Of a stretch of 64,000 bases of DNA, positions 1-14,170 are shown piece by piece (position 1 is the stretch's first letter; each line of letters starts with the position of its first letter). The notes beneath the pieces were generated by a model that was given only the letters and a program-made list of their open reading frames with translations, was not told the origin of the DNA and did not search any database. Source of the stretch: Octopus sinensis (lineage: Eukaryota); NCBI RefSeq assembly GCF_006345805.1, contig NC_042998.1, positions 88,908,001-88,972,000 on the forward strand, in the 5' to 3' direction. A program made the position numbers and the translations under genes.

Positions 1-415
1 AGGGTGATGTGGTTGTAGAAATTGTCTGACAGTTATGACTGGGTTCTTCTGCTTGTGGGGCATGGTGCAGAGCCCTGTTGTCAGACATAGGGTCTTTCAG
101 CAGCCACTCTCTTGACCTGCCTCATCCAGACACTTGTTGTAAGCCTCCGTGTTGAGTCTGAGACCGTGTGGGAAGATGAATGGGGGCATAACATCTGCAT
201 CGCTAGTGATCAGTCCAAACACTATGATGTTGACTAGATGTTTGATTTTTATCACATTTGGTACATGTCCTTAGATTGCAGTGTTCTCAGATTGACACCC
301 TAACACTCTAGTGTGAATGCCTAGCAGTACAACATGTCATTTCCAAATATCTGGTAGAGTGAATTGCATCATGGTGCTGTTTTTCTCACAGATGGTGTCC
401 AACTGACCCTACCAT
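1..415 (-). mobile_element. Tc1/mariner-superfamily transposase remnant (maT/DD37D-like), internally deleted, runs off window start
   Basis: Minus strand ~235->1 reads IIVFGLITSDADVMPPFIFPHGLRLNTEAYNKCLDE/VKRVAAERPYV*QQGSAPCPTSRRTQS*LSDNFYNHIT. This matches the transposase segment around the second catalytic Asp (QQDSAPxH), with stops and a frameshift. Subfamily assignment is from recall. Confidence 0.75.
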
Positions 416-601
416 ATTTTGTTGTTGACAAATGAAAAAACAATCCACATGCATGAAATTAAAAATATAAAATGGCGACAATTTACCCATTGTATCCTGT
501 GTATATATGTACGTATGTGTGTGTGTGTGTACATACATGCACACACTCGCGCACATATAAATACACCCACACACACACACCATATATATGTATATCTATA
601 C

Positions 602-725
602 ATGGGCACAGATATGGCTGTGTGGTTAAGACGTTTGCTTTGTAACCAGCATGGTTCTCTGCAGCTTCTTCTATTATAGACCCAGGCTAACCACAGCCTT
701 GTGAATAGATTTGGTGATAGACAGA
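602..725 (+). mobile_element. Degenerate tRNA-derived SINE 5' part
   Basis: ggcacagatatggctgtgtggttaagacgtttgct...cccaggctaaccacagccttgtgaatagatttgg; similar heads recur at ~13380-13520 (-), 45135-45300 (+), 53420-53575 (-) and 58735-58972 (-). Confidence 0.6.
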
Positions 726-1289
726 CAATATATATGTTTGTGCATGCACAAGCCTCTGTGTGTGTGTGTGTTGATGTGTACATATGTACTTGTTTGCAAA
801 GGCTCTGTGCCATAAGTAGTGACATTGTTGTCATATGCCCTAGCTTTGTACCTTCAAAACATGTGACACCAAAACATGTGCAGTAAAGATGGAGAGAGAT
901 GTGTGGGTTGGGCTGCTGGTAAAGGAATGGGATGAACCATTTCCAAAGAATAGACAGAGAAGTCCGAGAAGAGATGACTTGCCAGTTGGCTGCCAGCTGA
1001 GATGTGCATCTTGGTGTACACATGCATGCACATGTGCAAATACACACCACACACAGACACACATGTGTGTTAGTCTTAATTTTCAAATCTGTGTATGTAT
1101 GCATGTGTGTACATATCTATGTATGCATGTGTGTCTATATATATATGTATGCATGTGTGTGTGTATATATATATACAGATGTATGTATGTATGTTTTATT
1201 TTAATTTATTTTTACCTGCTGAATCTGTAGGAACAACATTGCTTATGACCTTTGCATACCTTACAAGACCAGTGAGTTTGATGTCATTA

Positions 1290-1600
1290 ATATTCCTTTT
1301 AAATTAATGGAAGTTAACACCAGCAGAGAAGATGTGAACATAGAGAAGATTTCACAGGGTCAGTGCCAATGTTCTGGGGATGAAGACCTGGATATAGTGT
1401 TTAGTGCAAGGCCAGCAGAAGGGGCTTGATGCAACAAGTGATGAAAAGTAGAGAGACAAGTGTGTTGGGGTGCTTGATTGTAGGAGATATGCTATGAGCA
1501 ATCTCCAATGGACAGAGGTCATTATAGTAGTAATAGAAAAGACAGAGCGGAGTGACAGCATTCCAGTGGGTCAGAGACTGGAGTGTATCTGTTAGTGATT
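1290..1600 (-). mobile_element. L2/CR1-group LINE ORF2 C-terminal remnant
   Basis: Minus-strand translation includes CTKHYIQVFIPRTLAL and a downstream WNLL..HIF.AGVNF-like segment, resembling the RTxxYxxSFFPRTxxLWNxLP end of L2/CR1 ORF2; same family as 12520-13125. Confidence 0.55.
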
Positions 1601-1760
1601 AAAGCTTGAATGCCAATCAATAGAGTGGGCCTGCCTTTTCTGACTACACACACACTCACACATACATGTATATATTGATCAGCAGAAAGACTGATATATA
1701 GGTTTGTGTGTGTGTATATATATATGTGTGCTTGTGTATACACATGCACACACACACACA

Positions 1761-2135
1761 TGTAAAAAGCACGTGAAAAGCACCATTCGAGCGTGGTCAA
1801 TACCAGTGCTGGCTGACTGGTCCTGTGCCGATAGCATGTAAAAAACATCATTCAAGCATGGTTGTTTCCAGTGCCGCCTAATTGGCTCCCATGCCACTGG
1901 CACATAAAAACAACATTCAAGCATAGTCGATGCCTGTACCACCTGACTGGCCCTCGTGCCAGTGGCATGTAAAAAGCATCCACTACACTCTTGGAGTGGT
2001 TGGCATTAGGAAGGTCATCCAGCTGTAGAAACTTTGCCAGATCAGATTGGAGCCTGGTGTAGCCTTCTGGCTTGCCAGCCCTCAGTCAAACTGTCCAACC
2101 CATGTCAGCATGGAAAGCAGACATTAAATGACGAT
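1761..2135 (+). mobile_element. 5'-truncated RTE-tailed element with three ~70 bp internal tandem units
   Basis: Three units starting tgtaaaaagcacc-like, then ggagtggttggcattaggaaggtcatccagctgtagaaac, then ccaacccatgtcagcatggaaagcagacattaaatga(tga)n, the same 3' end as the RTE at 58560-58725. Confidence 0.7.
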
Positions 2136-5100
2136 GATGATAATGATGATATATATATATATATATGTGGATGCATGCACACAGCAGTATCAATACTTGG
2201 TTATTAGAACTTGGTATACTTATAATGCAAATTATTACCTAGCTATATGCTGCACTAATACGCAACTGTGTGTTTATGCATATAAATGTGTGTGTGTGCA
2301 TGTGTGTGTGTCTGTGTAGACAGGCTTCTTTCAGTGAATCAAATTCATTCACAAGGCTTTAGATGGTCTGTAGGTCTAATAAAAGATACCTACTGAAGAT
2401 GCCACACAATGGAACTGATTTCAAAAGCTACTTGGCTTGGAATTAAGCTTTTTGACACACTCAGCTATACTTGTATCATCCACACTATCATTAGATTATG
2501 CCTACTTTTCCATTCTGGAAAGAATTGGTGAAGATTGCAATAAAAAGTATAGTTTATTTATATATATCATCATTATCATCACACACACACACACACACAC
2601 ACGCGCGTGCATTTATTCACACCGAAGCATTAAAAGAAAGAAACTGGTATGTGCACACAGGGCTGCACCCATAGATATTCATACTCATGCATAAATGTAC
2701 ATAACCACATACACTGTCAATAGAATTAACAGTTGTGTGTCTAAATATCTGACTAATGTCTCAAACCAATTGTTGTGAAAGCTGGAACTACAATATTTAG
2801 AATGGTGTTGATTATAAATCCTTGAATTTTGTATTAATATCATTTGTTCTATTGCTATTGCTACAGTTTATGTTAAAATGTCATCAGTTAAAAGTCCAAT
2901 GGAGAATGTAACTTCAAGCATTATCAATATTATTTATTGGTTTTGTGTTGATGTCATTCTCTGAAACTGGAAATAGGCTGTTGGTCTATTTATCTATTTC
3001 AGAAATACTTTATTATGCTCAATTTAGTATGTCTTTGCTATTTCTTGTTGCCACTAAATGGTTTAGTGATTTACTAATTTTGTTTCAAGTGTTTATTTTT
3101 TAATTTTTATATATTTTTTGACCAGGTTTTTTTTATTCTTTATTCTACTTTTTTTTTTTTTGGTTTTGTAATATAGGCTTTTGGCTGTTGATTTGGTATC
3201 AGTTTGTATACATATGGTTCTTGTTTCAGACATGATATGAATAGATAAATAACATTCACTATGTAATGCATTGTAGTGTGTATAATTTTTTTTTTTTTAC
3301 TATGGAACATTATTTACTTTAAATGTGATTTGAATTCATTTGGACATCATCATCATCAACACCATCATCATCAACATCATCATCATCAATACCATCATCA
3401 TCAACATCATCATCATCATTGTCGATCAAGTAGTGTCAGAAAAAAAAATCAACAGGAAAGTCTTCTCTGCTGTAAAAAAATGTGTTGGACACTAAATAAT
3501 GCCATGTCAGAAACAGAAAAAATAAATGAGCAAAAAACAAAAGTTGGAACAGGGTTCAATGGTTTTTGTCCTCTTTCCTTCGGTGTGTCACTTTTCCTAC
3601 TCTTGTAGAACATAAGGTAGCAGTCCGGTTTCTACTCACCCCCGCCCCCCAGTTACTGTCCTATTACTCTCTAACTCTCACTAAACTGACATCATTTTTT
3701 ATTTTCCCTTCTATTACCCCTTTCCCTAACATTGTCTCTGTTATTCTCTCCTCCTAATTTGTGTAACTCTAGTAAGAACTATCTTGATGAATTGTCCAAA
3801 CTGACTGGGCCACCCTATTACTGGGGCCACTTATTCAACCCAACTCATTACTGTTACCACTTTGTCACCCTTTTCCTTCATACTAATCCCTATCATTACT
3901 CTTCTTTGTCTCTCCTCTGTCTCCATCACTCCTACCCTAATACTTTTTCCTCTGTTATTCTCTCCATTACCATACTCTCAGAACAAATATATTTCATCCA
4001 TCATGGGGGCTCTTTTTTGCTTTACAAGTTGTAACATGACCCCAACAGTACTGGTGATACAAAAGCTACCCAGTACATTCTATCAGTGATTAGTTACCAA
4101 TCCAGGTAGCTACAACGCAGGGCTTGAATTGGTTCTTGCTGATGGTGAGGCGTCCTTGTGGTGCTGCTACTATGAAAAAGGCATTCAGTACACTCTGTAA
4201 AGTGTTTGATGTTAGGGATGAGCATCTAGCTGTGCCAACCATGCTTAAAATGAGACTTTGGTGCATCATGGTCATCTGGCCTTTTGAATTCTATTGAAGC
4301 ATGCTACCCATGCCAGCATAGGAGATGAACATAAAATGATGATGACTGTAATGTAGCAAAACATGGAGAACATTCTGCATCATCATAATTGTATAATGTT
4401 CACAATCGTTATTGTTATCATCGACATCATTGTCATTATCATCAAACTTATTGTTAACATTATCCAAATCGTTAACTTCACCATAAATTTAATTCTTGTT
4501 TTGTTATACTGGGCATGGATTAGGTTGGTCTTTTTTTTACTTCATCATCAGTTTTGTAGCTATCGTTGATTTGTTTTGGGGAGTTCTTTATTACCATCAT
4601 GGTGATTTACCATCATTGACATGCATAAAATTTTTAGAATGCATTATGTATTCTCATTATATCTTTCAACTGAAGCATTTACGTTATCTTTCTTTTTCTT
4701 TACCTCTTATATGCCAATCAATGCTGTTACCATTTTGCATTCTACACACCTTCTATCTTTCGGTTCCTTATATTCCACATTGAGTGTACTGTGGTCAACA
4801 CATTTATTCTTCTCTGATTAATGGATATCTTGTATCATTATTTGATACCTATTACTTATTTTTACTTATAAACAACCTGTAACATTCCAGAAATAATACA
4901 CCTATGTGAATTTGATTAATGTTCCACCTCATATATCCCCACCCAAGACGCCCATATTCTAAGATTTGTTTGTGCATTTTCAGAGTGACATAATCTTATG
5001 AGAAAGGTTTACCTTGGAAATATTTCAAAAAAACCATCTCCAACTATGTTTTCTTCTTTCTAATGTAACAAACAGTATTGATTTCTGATCAATAAAATCA

Positions 5101-6302
5101 AAAGAAAGTTTGATGAAACCTTGGTAACATCTCCTCCTTCTTATCTATTTATGATGTATTTTTGCTGTAGTAGGTTGCAACTGAGACACACAGTAAGTAG
5201 TAGGTTTCTAGCTTATGTCTGCTAACAAAGCAATCAATTCTCTTGTTTTAAATTATATATAAAAATATATATATATATATTTTGAACAACAGAAAGTAGT
5301 AGACAAAAATACATAACAGCCCATAGAAAGACAAAATAACATTATTGTATGAAATTTCATCAACTTTTGAATTATTTATATATTGAAGTGGCCATATTTT
5401 TTAATCTATAAAGTGATTGGCTTTAGGAAGGGCATCCAGCCATAGAAACCAAGTGAAATGACATTTCCAAGTACCTTGACTTTAAGAGCAGTTCTCCCAA
5501 TGGGAAGTGGCTCAGACCAGCAACCCCATCTTACTTATGCTAACAGGGAAAGATTCATTAATGTCACCAATTAGTTAATTAACTAAACTGCACTACAATT
5601 ATATGCACAAAAGCATCGGTTTTGTTTCTTGTTGTCAGTGTGCTCATATACAAATATGTATATGTAGTAAACATGGGAAGTTGTAGTGCAACTGAGCACT
5701 AGATACAATATGCTCATTATTATAACATGATATGGTGTGATTTTGTTAATTTGAAAACATGCTGTTGATTCATAATTTATTTAATCATAATTTTTAGATA
5801 AGCTTTCAATGTTGGTATAGGTTGGAGTGTTCCACTTTTGGCATGATTCTCTGTCTGGATGTTTATGCTTGCTTTGTTGCTTATGACCACTTACTTAGTA
5901 GTACGACAAAAAGAGATTGATAAAAGTACTAAGGTGAAATAAACACTGGTGTTGATGTACTGAACTGATTCCTTTGAAGGTGCTGCTGCAGCATAACAAT
6001 ATCCAGTGACCGAAGCTGGTAAAAGAAGGAAAGAATATGTTTGAATACAATGGGTGTCCTTATATTACTCTCTCTCTCTCTCTCTTACATTCACCCTGAT
6101 ACTTATGTAGACATAAAGTATGTGGGTATATTTGTGCACACACACAAACACACACACACACACATACGCACACATATACATGTATATACCTGAGTCTGGT
6201 GCAGCCTTCCAGCTTGCCAGCTCCAATCAAACCGTCCAACCCATGCCAGCATGGACAATGGATGTTAAACGATGATAATGATATATAAATAGATAAATAT
6301 AC

Positions 6303-6340
<38 letters not shown>

Positions 6341-7124
6341 TGTGTGTGTCTGTATCTTCAGTGCATTGAAACCTAAATGTTTAATATTCATTAAGAATAC
6401 CAACTATGGGAATATTCTAGGATTCACAATAACTTCGTCGATTTGTATTTTTTTGATAAGAATGTTAGCAATGGAAGATGTGTAAAAGAGGTGTACTCAC
6501 ATATACGCAAGTTGACAAACAACTCTTGCTTTGTGTTGCCCTAATGAACTAAATTATATGTCTGAACTTGCTTGGACATAATGATCTAAGTGGAGGGAAT
6601 CATTAAACTCAGTGTTGCTGATGATGTCATATGGCACACCTAATTATTAGCTTTAGTGGCAGTGTTGGGTTGGTCTCAGTCAGCACTGACTGGAATACGA
6701 AAAATAGCTGCCCCTTTAGTAAATAGGGATTGTCTTTCTCTTTGTCTTTCTTGTATATATATTTGTGTTTGTGTGTGTTTGGATTGGTAGGTGTATATGT
6801 GTATATTCAAACTATTCAGCCTCAGTTGTGAAGTAGCAAGAGACAAACACAAATAGCATACAGACACACTTTGGGCTTTCACTTAATTTTTCTCTGCCAA
6901 ATTCCCTCACCAAGCATTGGTTACCCAGAGTTTTTAGAAGACACTTACCTAAGCTGTCACACAATGGGACAGAACCTAGAACCACATGGATGGGAAACTT
7001 TTTTGATCACATTACCTTATCTTTATCTGTGTATGCATGCACGTGTGTGTGTATATATATGTATATATATATGTCCAACCCATGCTAGCATGGAAAGCGG
7101 ACATTAAACAATGATGATATATAT

Positions 7125-7297
7125 ATATTGTTATATTTCGGAATGGTCATTTTGCCAGTTTAGCCAATAAAAACACACGCACTATATATTTGGTGTTACT
7201 TTGCTTCAGTGTTATTTATTTTTTACATTAATCTTAATCTTATTTCGGCCAGATTTGGCTAAACTGGCAAAATGACCATTCCGAAATATAACAATAT
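7125..7297. repeat. Perfect 43 bp inverted repeat with 87 bp spacer
   Basis: 7125-7167 atattgttatatttcggaatggtcattttgccagtttagccaa is the exact reverse complement of 7255-7297; the surrounding element lies between (TA)n tracts. Confidence 0.9.
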
Positions 7298-7346
7298 CTG
7301 TTTCAACACACGGCTTCACATAAAAAATCTTGCACAACAAATATTT

Positions 7347-7397
<51 letters not shown>

Positions 7398-7399
7398 AG

Positions 7400-8060
7400 G
7401 GTTATACCAGAAGTAATGCCAAACATTTTGAGTACCTCAGTGTATTGCTCATTGATGATATTCCTGGAAATCAGGGAGATTAATACCATTGTCATCAGAA
7501 TAAAAAAAAAGAAAGAAAAAGTCACCAGCTCTTGAACTTAAGGCTTGGAGTAGAGGTATGACTCTGTTCCATGGGCTGAATCTTCATTTTCAGATCATAA
7601 ATTTTATCCTTTGTGACAAGATGAGAGAAAAAAAAATGTCTTTATTAGCTTCAAATGCTTCCAGCAACTCAGAGCAGTTTCATACCCTTTTCTCCTCCAA
7701 ATCAAGTATCAGCTACCAAGGTGTTCACTTTGCACATACTTCTTGTTACCCAAAGTCTTCCATCATTTTGTGTAATGCATTATGGCCACAGTCCAGTTGT
7801 GCAGAAGTTTTCAAAATATGATTCATCTGTGCAAATCAGTTTGTCCATTCACTGGCAATTCATGTCAATGGTTGTAGTTGAGGGTCTCCCACTGTAGGTT
7901 GCCTTGAGTGCCAGTTTCCCTTCCTTTAAACTTCATCCATCTGTGTGTATTGCTCTTGTCAATGGTGTCATTTCCTTAAAGAACCTTTACTTTGAGTGGC
8001 TGCTGGACAACCCACACCCCTCCTTTGTCAAGAATTCAATGATGGCTAGTTGCTCCTGCT
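7400..8060 (-). mobile_element. mariner (DD34D-type) transposase pseudogene
   Basis: Minus strand reads, across frameshifts, MSSKQEQLAIIEFLTKEG...NDTIDKSNTHRWM...SGRPST...VCAK*TPWQL...LLEAFEANKDIFFS.LVTKD...NIINEQYTEVLK. This resembles the mariner HTH, WVP(R/H)xL and VTGDETW regions. Confidence 0.75.
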
Positions 8061-9249
8061 TGGAACTCATTATTTGTCTACAATGAAGAACAGGAAGAGT
8101 TACTCTACCAACATGTGCAATTTGAATGACCTGTATCAGTTAATAAAAAAGTTATGTCCACTTTTACATTTCTTTCTCTACAACTTCCTTTATGTGTGTG
8201 TGTGTGTGTGTGTGGTGTGTGTGTGTGTGTGTGTGTGTGTACATGTATGTATGCACAATGTAGAACTGAAATGTCTGAATATGTATGATATTGGGTTACA
8301 GGCTTATAGAAAACTCAGAGACACTGTTTTTGTACAACCCTGTAATGAGATAAAATATTAATGGCAGATATTTCACAGTGGCTTGCTAGAGATATAATAA
8401 AAAAAAATATGTCTAAAATCTCAAGGGACATATCTGATCTTCAGTTTAGCTATGCTTTCATCATACACAGCTGATGAAAAACTATTCTCCTCTCTGATAG
8501 AATGCTATTCTGTTGCAGGCTATTGTTGTTGCTTAGCCTCAGGTCAGCTGTGATCATGCAGACCTTCTGTTAGAGGCATTCCAGCTTTGATCATCCTACA
8601 TTTTTGTATATCTAGGATTATATTATGAAATCTTTATTAATTTTTTTTTTTTAAAGATGGTAGAGTGTGATTGGAGGCAAATTTTACTGTTATTTATGAA
8701 AGATTGAGCAACAACACAAAGGTCCTTCATTAGTTTTCTCATTAACTTATTGCACTTAACAATTGCATGCGATCTGTTACCCATTCTTGAAAACATAACT
8801 GGGTAGTGTAAAACAAAGTGACCCACTCCAAAACAATAAAATGCTGGATATTTGAATTAATAAACAAATATGTAGTAGTCCTGTATATAACTCCAGTGTG
8901 GTCATTTTCTTTCTATTATAATTAAGAAAATTTAAAATATAGATGCAGATGATAATGCTAAAGATGATTATCTTCTGTATACTGTCTATTATAATTTTCA
9001 GACTGTCAAAAATTGCTGTTTAAACAAAAGTATACAATGTAAGGTATATTGAACTTTCCACCATGATGAAAGTGACAGCAAATTGTTGAAAATATTTACT
9101 CTTATAATCCTCATTTAGATTGCTTAGGACATTTTTTTTTTCATTGAAATTCTTGAGAGAATGAACTCCTCTGTTTGAATTGCTGAAGCCTTTCTATTTA
9201 CTTCTGAAAAATTCTGTGAACTTCTGAAATGGCTCACTACAAGCAGTAA

Positions 9250-9790
9250 ATTGTTTCTGTTACCTAGGTGACATATTTCATGCTGAGGTGTTTTTAGTAA
9301 AAGAATATTAATGAGAGAAAGGATGTGGGTGGGGGAAAGATTAGTTGTTAGATCAGTTGGCAATGAAAGGTTTTTTTTTGTTTTTTTTTTCCATGCAAAA
9401 AGAAAGCTGTATGAAGTCTGTATCAGAAATGAGATGCTGCATGGTAGTGAAACATGGATACTGAATGCAGGCAATCTGCAGTGGCTAAAGAATAATGAGT
9501 CAGGCATGAATCATTGGATGTGCAAGGAAAAGAGACAACATAAGTCAGCTGAGAGTCAGGACTGATCGTTAGAGACATCAGTTGATGTATGTAAGGGAGA
9601 CAACTAACTGCACTGGTATGGGACATATTGATTGTATTGCCGTATGCTGACATGGAAGGACTTCAAGCAAAGGAAAACATCAAAAGAGATGAAGTTAGAA
9701 GATCTGATCTCAGTTATGGGTTTCAAGGATTAGGTGACAAAGGATCAAGATAGGTGTATAGGAAACCTATTTAATAGGAGCAAGAAAACT
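9250..9790 (+). mobile_element. RTE LINE ORF2 C-terminal remnant
   Basis: KRKLYEVCIRNEMLHGSETWILNAGNLQWLKNNESGMNHWMC (ORF 9311-9565) matches the LYxxCVRxxMLxGSETW motif also present at ~57906. Confidence 0.75.
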
Positions 9791-11508
9791 AATTGTTCAA
9801 ATGATGATAATAATAGTTATTATACAATGTAGTTTGGCTGTATTCTCTATTAAAGTCCTACCGATAGAGAACAGTGTTTTTATGTACTTCTTAACATTCT
9901 TTTCTGGACAGATGCTTAACTACTCCTGAGTGTACCATTTGGAAAATATGCTTTGAACATATTCTTCTTGTTGCATTCAGGAACATGTAAAATAAGTTCA
10001 TATCCCATGAAGAAAATATTTGTGTCTCTACATAAGACTCTTTATTGTATTAGAAAGAGTTTGCCTAGCTGATGGAAATTGGTAGCTGACCTTATTGAGC
10101 AGGTACCAGAAAAGGACTAGCATCCTGGGCATTATACTAAGAAATAGGTGGTTCTTTGCTTAAATGCTGTAGAACCTAGTGCTAAGTCCTGGCTCTACAA
10201 AATGCTGTGGCTTGTGACAGGACGAAATAAACTCTCAACATTTATCGTTATGAATCATTCATCTATGTAAAGATTGTGTTAACTTCGATGTTTACAGAAG
10301 CTTTTTATCATATTGTGAATATGAGAGATATTGATTGCCAGTTAAATTACTTATGAAATCATGTGTGAGTTTGAACATGCTATATAATTATTGTCAGTTA
10401 ATTTAAATATCAATGACGAATAGTTTGAGAGAAATAGTTGGGTATCACAATGTAGTGTGATCATCACAACTAGGCTGTATATTGTCAGATTGGGAACTAT
10501 GTCAGAGTACAGAAATATTATTCCCAGATGGAAATGAATAGATAAAATAGATAAATAAAAATACAAAATAGTTGTTTTTAAGCCTGAAATCCCAACATAT
10601 TTAACAAGAGACAAAAGGAATTCATCGAATCAATAACTTGTGAATGAAAGACATTAGTAGATGTTAACTTAATTAAAATTAAACGAGACAGAAAGTCCTG
10701 GCATTGACTGTTTAGTCTATCGATTTGCATCTTGATTAATATTAATGTTTCAAACCTGTGTGTGTGTGTGTGTGCTTATATGTATGTATATATATATATC
10801 TATGTGTATGGATGTATATGTGTGTGTGTGTGTGTGTGCACACGCATGCACGCCTGTATATGTATGTATATGAATGTATATGATATATTACATTAAAAAT
10901 GGAACTGAATATATGTTTCAGCATTACCTACAAGAGAAGTGGCAATTTTGATGTGCTACATAAGGGCTTTTGTTCTTTCCATAGGCCTTCACATAAACTC
11001 ATTATTGTGACTTCAGTTGCTGGAATATATTTTTTCTGTTTATTATTTGGTGTTTCATTCATCAAATAGCTGACTTGTTAAAATTGTTCTATGTATATGC
11101 TTATATGTAAGCATGCATGCATGTATATATGCATGTGGGTGTGGGTGTGTGGGGTGGGTGTGTGTATGTATGTGTGTGTGAATATGCATGTGTGTATATG
11201 TAAAATATCAAACTCCTTTCTTGTACAACTATCACAAAATAAAGTGTCTGAATTAAAACTGTTTCCTTTAGATGTTTTTTTTTCTTTTTTATTTTCTTGC
11301 TTTTCTTTCTTTTCTCTGTTTTTCTTTACTTTTATTTGGTTTTGTAATGCTTTTTCATGTATATATTTTTTTCTGTTTTTTCTCTTTAACTGTAGATTCC
11401 CGAAGCCTGTTTGTTCTTTTCCTTCCTACAAAATAATCATTATTACGATAAACATTAATTAGTAATTGGATTGTACTGAGTTTAAATAAAGGAAAGTCAA
11501 AGACAGAG

Positions 11509-11552
<44 letters not shown>

Positions 11553-12199
11553 GACACACACAAACATAAACAGAGAGAGGGAGAGGCTAGGAAAAAATTT
11601 AACAAAACAAAAAAAAAACTATACACAATTATAAAAATCAAAGAAGTAAGTAAACTCTTAGGGTTTTTGTTGATTGTTTTATTTTATTCTTTTCTCTCTC
11701 TTTTTTTTGTGTGTTTGGTGGTGGTGGTGATGGTGGTGGGTTTATATTTACTAAGGAACTTTTGCTTAATATCCTCTCTCATCATTGTTAGAACTTTTGA
11801 GTACACTTCCTCTTGGTTTCTTACTTGCAATCAGTGGGAGTAAGTGTGAGTAGAGTTAGTGATGACAGCTAGTAGCTTTGATGGCTGTTTGATATACAAG
11901 TGCTTGGAGACTATTGTATCAACTATAGGCTACAACACTGGCTCTATCCTACTAGCTGCCTCAGACTGCACATCAACCATGGGAGTGCCGAGATCTAACT
12001 TAGGAGCATTGATCTTCTTGCAGTCTGAATTTTTATTTTATTTTTTTCTTCTTTCTGATCTTTTTATGGAAAAATGACGTAGCTTGCTTATAGAGTGCAT
12101 GCTGGGATGTCTCTTTGCAGTCGTTGTATAACTGTGCATCAGCACGCTACATTGATTGAATAAGTGTTTTGTGTGTTAGCATCTTTGTATGTGTATGCT

Positions 12200-12232
<33 letters not shown>

Positions 12233-12519
12233 ACGTTTGTGTCTGTTCACTGCATGCATACACATCACAATATGAATTTTCTAATGTCTGTAGTAACGAA
12301 GATTTTTACATCTAAAACGTATTTGCGTATTTAGATATATATTCTGGAGATGTCTGCATCTATTTATATATCTCTAGAGTGTGTATATGTGTGTAAGTGT
12401 GCGTATACATGTGTGTGCGCAAGTGTGTGTGTATGTTGCTGTCGTAGTTTTGAGGAAGGGGTAGTGCCTATGAGTTTTGCATGGGACTTTTGTTTGGGCC
12501 CTTTGGGATAGCTGAGTTA

Positions 12520-13125
12520 GATGCTGTTAATGTTCCATTAAATCATTGCAGGTCAATACCTGCAAGAAAGACATGGGCAGAGAGAAGATTCCAGAAGGTT
12601 GATATTCTGGGGAGGAAGGGCTGGGTATAGTAGACAAGTGGTTTTGGAACACCTGGGTGGCAGAAGTATGGGTGCAGCCAGCTCTAAGGAAAAAAGGACA
12701 TTTTAGTAGCGATAGAAAAATTAGAGTTGGGTGACAGATCATCTGTGAGTGAAGGCTAGTGTATGTCCATGTATAATTGACTACCAATTAGTTGAGTGGC
12801 CCTCTTGGCTGCAGTCCAGGATACCTGTATTTATAACACCACCACCAACACCACTATCCCAGTTGTGGGAGTAGTGCTCTGTTTTGGGCCTAAATTGAGT
12901 TATGAAAATTCTGAGCCGCAGTTGGAAGTTAAAAAACTCTTATATCCAGAAGAGAAGAGTCAGTCTTTAGAATGATGTTCTAGTTGTGCTGAGGATGTTC
13001 TTTCACCAGAAAGATCCTTAGTGATAGTGGGATCTGATATTTGGGACTACTATAAAGCTCTGAGTGACACTCAAGTTTAAAGAGTGTACAGTGGTGTTTT
13101 CTTCATATGAGGTTCAAGAAGGTGC
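12520..13125 (-). mobile_element. L2/CR1-group LINE ORF2 3' remnant
   Basis: Minus strand gives TITKDLS.E.HILS...RPKTEHYSHNW...FLPRISTFWNLLSAHVFLAGIDLQ-like segments across frameshifts. Confidence 0.6.
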
Positions 13126-13568
13126 AGTGTAGTGGTGTTTTCTTTTCATACATGTATGCATGTGTGTGTGTGTGCACGTATATATGTACATACGTACATA
13201 CATATGTATGTACGTATATGTACATAATGTATCATAAAATGCACAAAACCACTGTGTGTGTGTATTGATTTTGTTCATTTTATGGTACAAATCATAAAAG
13301 TGCACAATGTACCCATCATTGTGATAGACTAATATATATATATACTGATATACGTTTGTATTATGCAATGCAAACACAGTTAAGTGTCTGGACCTTTGGG
13401 CTTCATGCAATCACATGTACTATTCAGTAAATTAAGAAGGCTTCCCAATCCATGGTTTCTGCAGTCAACCATGAAGTGGATTACACAAAAGCCCTTATGT
13501 CTAGATATGTAATGCTGTTTGCCATGGATATGCCAAGCACACTTACATAGACATGTACATGCTTGTAT

Positions 13569-13600
<32 letters not shown>

Positions 13601-13679
13601 ACACACACACACTCACTCACACACACACACATATAGTGAAGCAGTTCTGAATGAAAACCAAATGTATTAAAGACAAATG

Positions 13680-14170
13680 TCAATGACTTTATTAAAGATA
13701 ATCAAGGTAACGTGGAGAGATAAAAATGTTGCTATGGTCAACAAAACTAGAGTCACACATATTACTAGTATTTTCCATCTTCCTTTACACATGGACTCTC
13801 ATGACAGCAGTTCAGCAAAAGATATAGACATTGGAAACAAAATGCTGCAACAAAATCTTAGGCATCTTATACTTGGACCAAATCATAAATAAATGGGTTT
13901 GACAAACTATCCTGTGTCACATTGACTCATATGAAGTTCTTCTCATAACAGTGAAGAAAAGAAGGTTGAGATGATATGTATGGCCTTATAACAAGATCCA
14001 GTAGTCTTGTGAAAGCCATTCATCAAAGAACCATAGAGGTGCAAAGAAGTCGAGACACAGAAGAAAATATGAACTGATAATGTTGAGAAATATTTAATAG
14101 ACAGGCAAATATTTAACAGTGACTGAATTGTAGCAAACATCTGTGTTAGAGAGAGGAAACTGATGTACAA
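13680..14170 (+). mobile_element. RTE (BovB-like) LINE 3' remnant
   Basis: LLKIIKVTWRDKN...SIF...KILGISYLDQI.N...VKKRRLR.Y..ITRSSSL.KAIHQRTIE-like segments across frameshifts. Confidence 0.65.

Noticed and set aside
409-1307. Overlapping ORFs up to 231 aa
   Set aside because: Dominated by (CA)n/(TG)n/(TA)n translation (HTHT, CVCV, YIYI); no splice or homology support. The same applies to most ORFs in the supplied track.
3276-3608. Poly-His/Gln ORF
   Set aside because: A (CAT)n/(CAA)n microsatellite with no flanking coding signature.
6677-6692. 16 bp palindrome cagtcagcactgactg
   Set aside because: Too short and without context to support a function.
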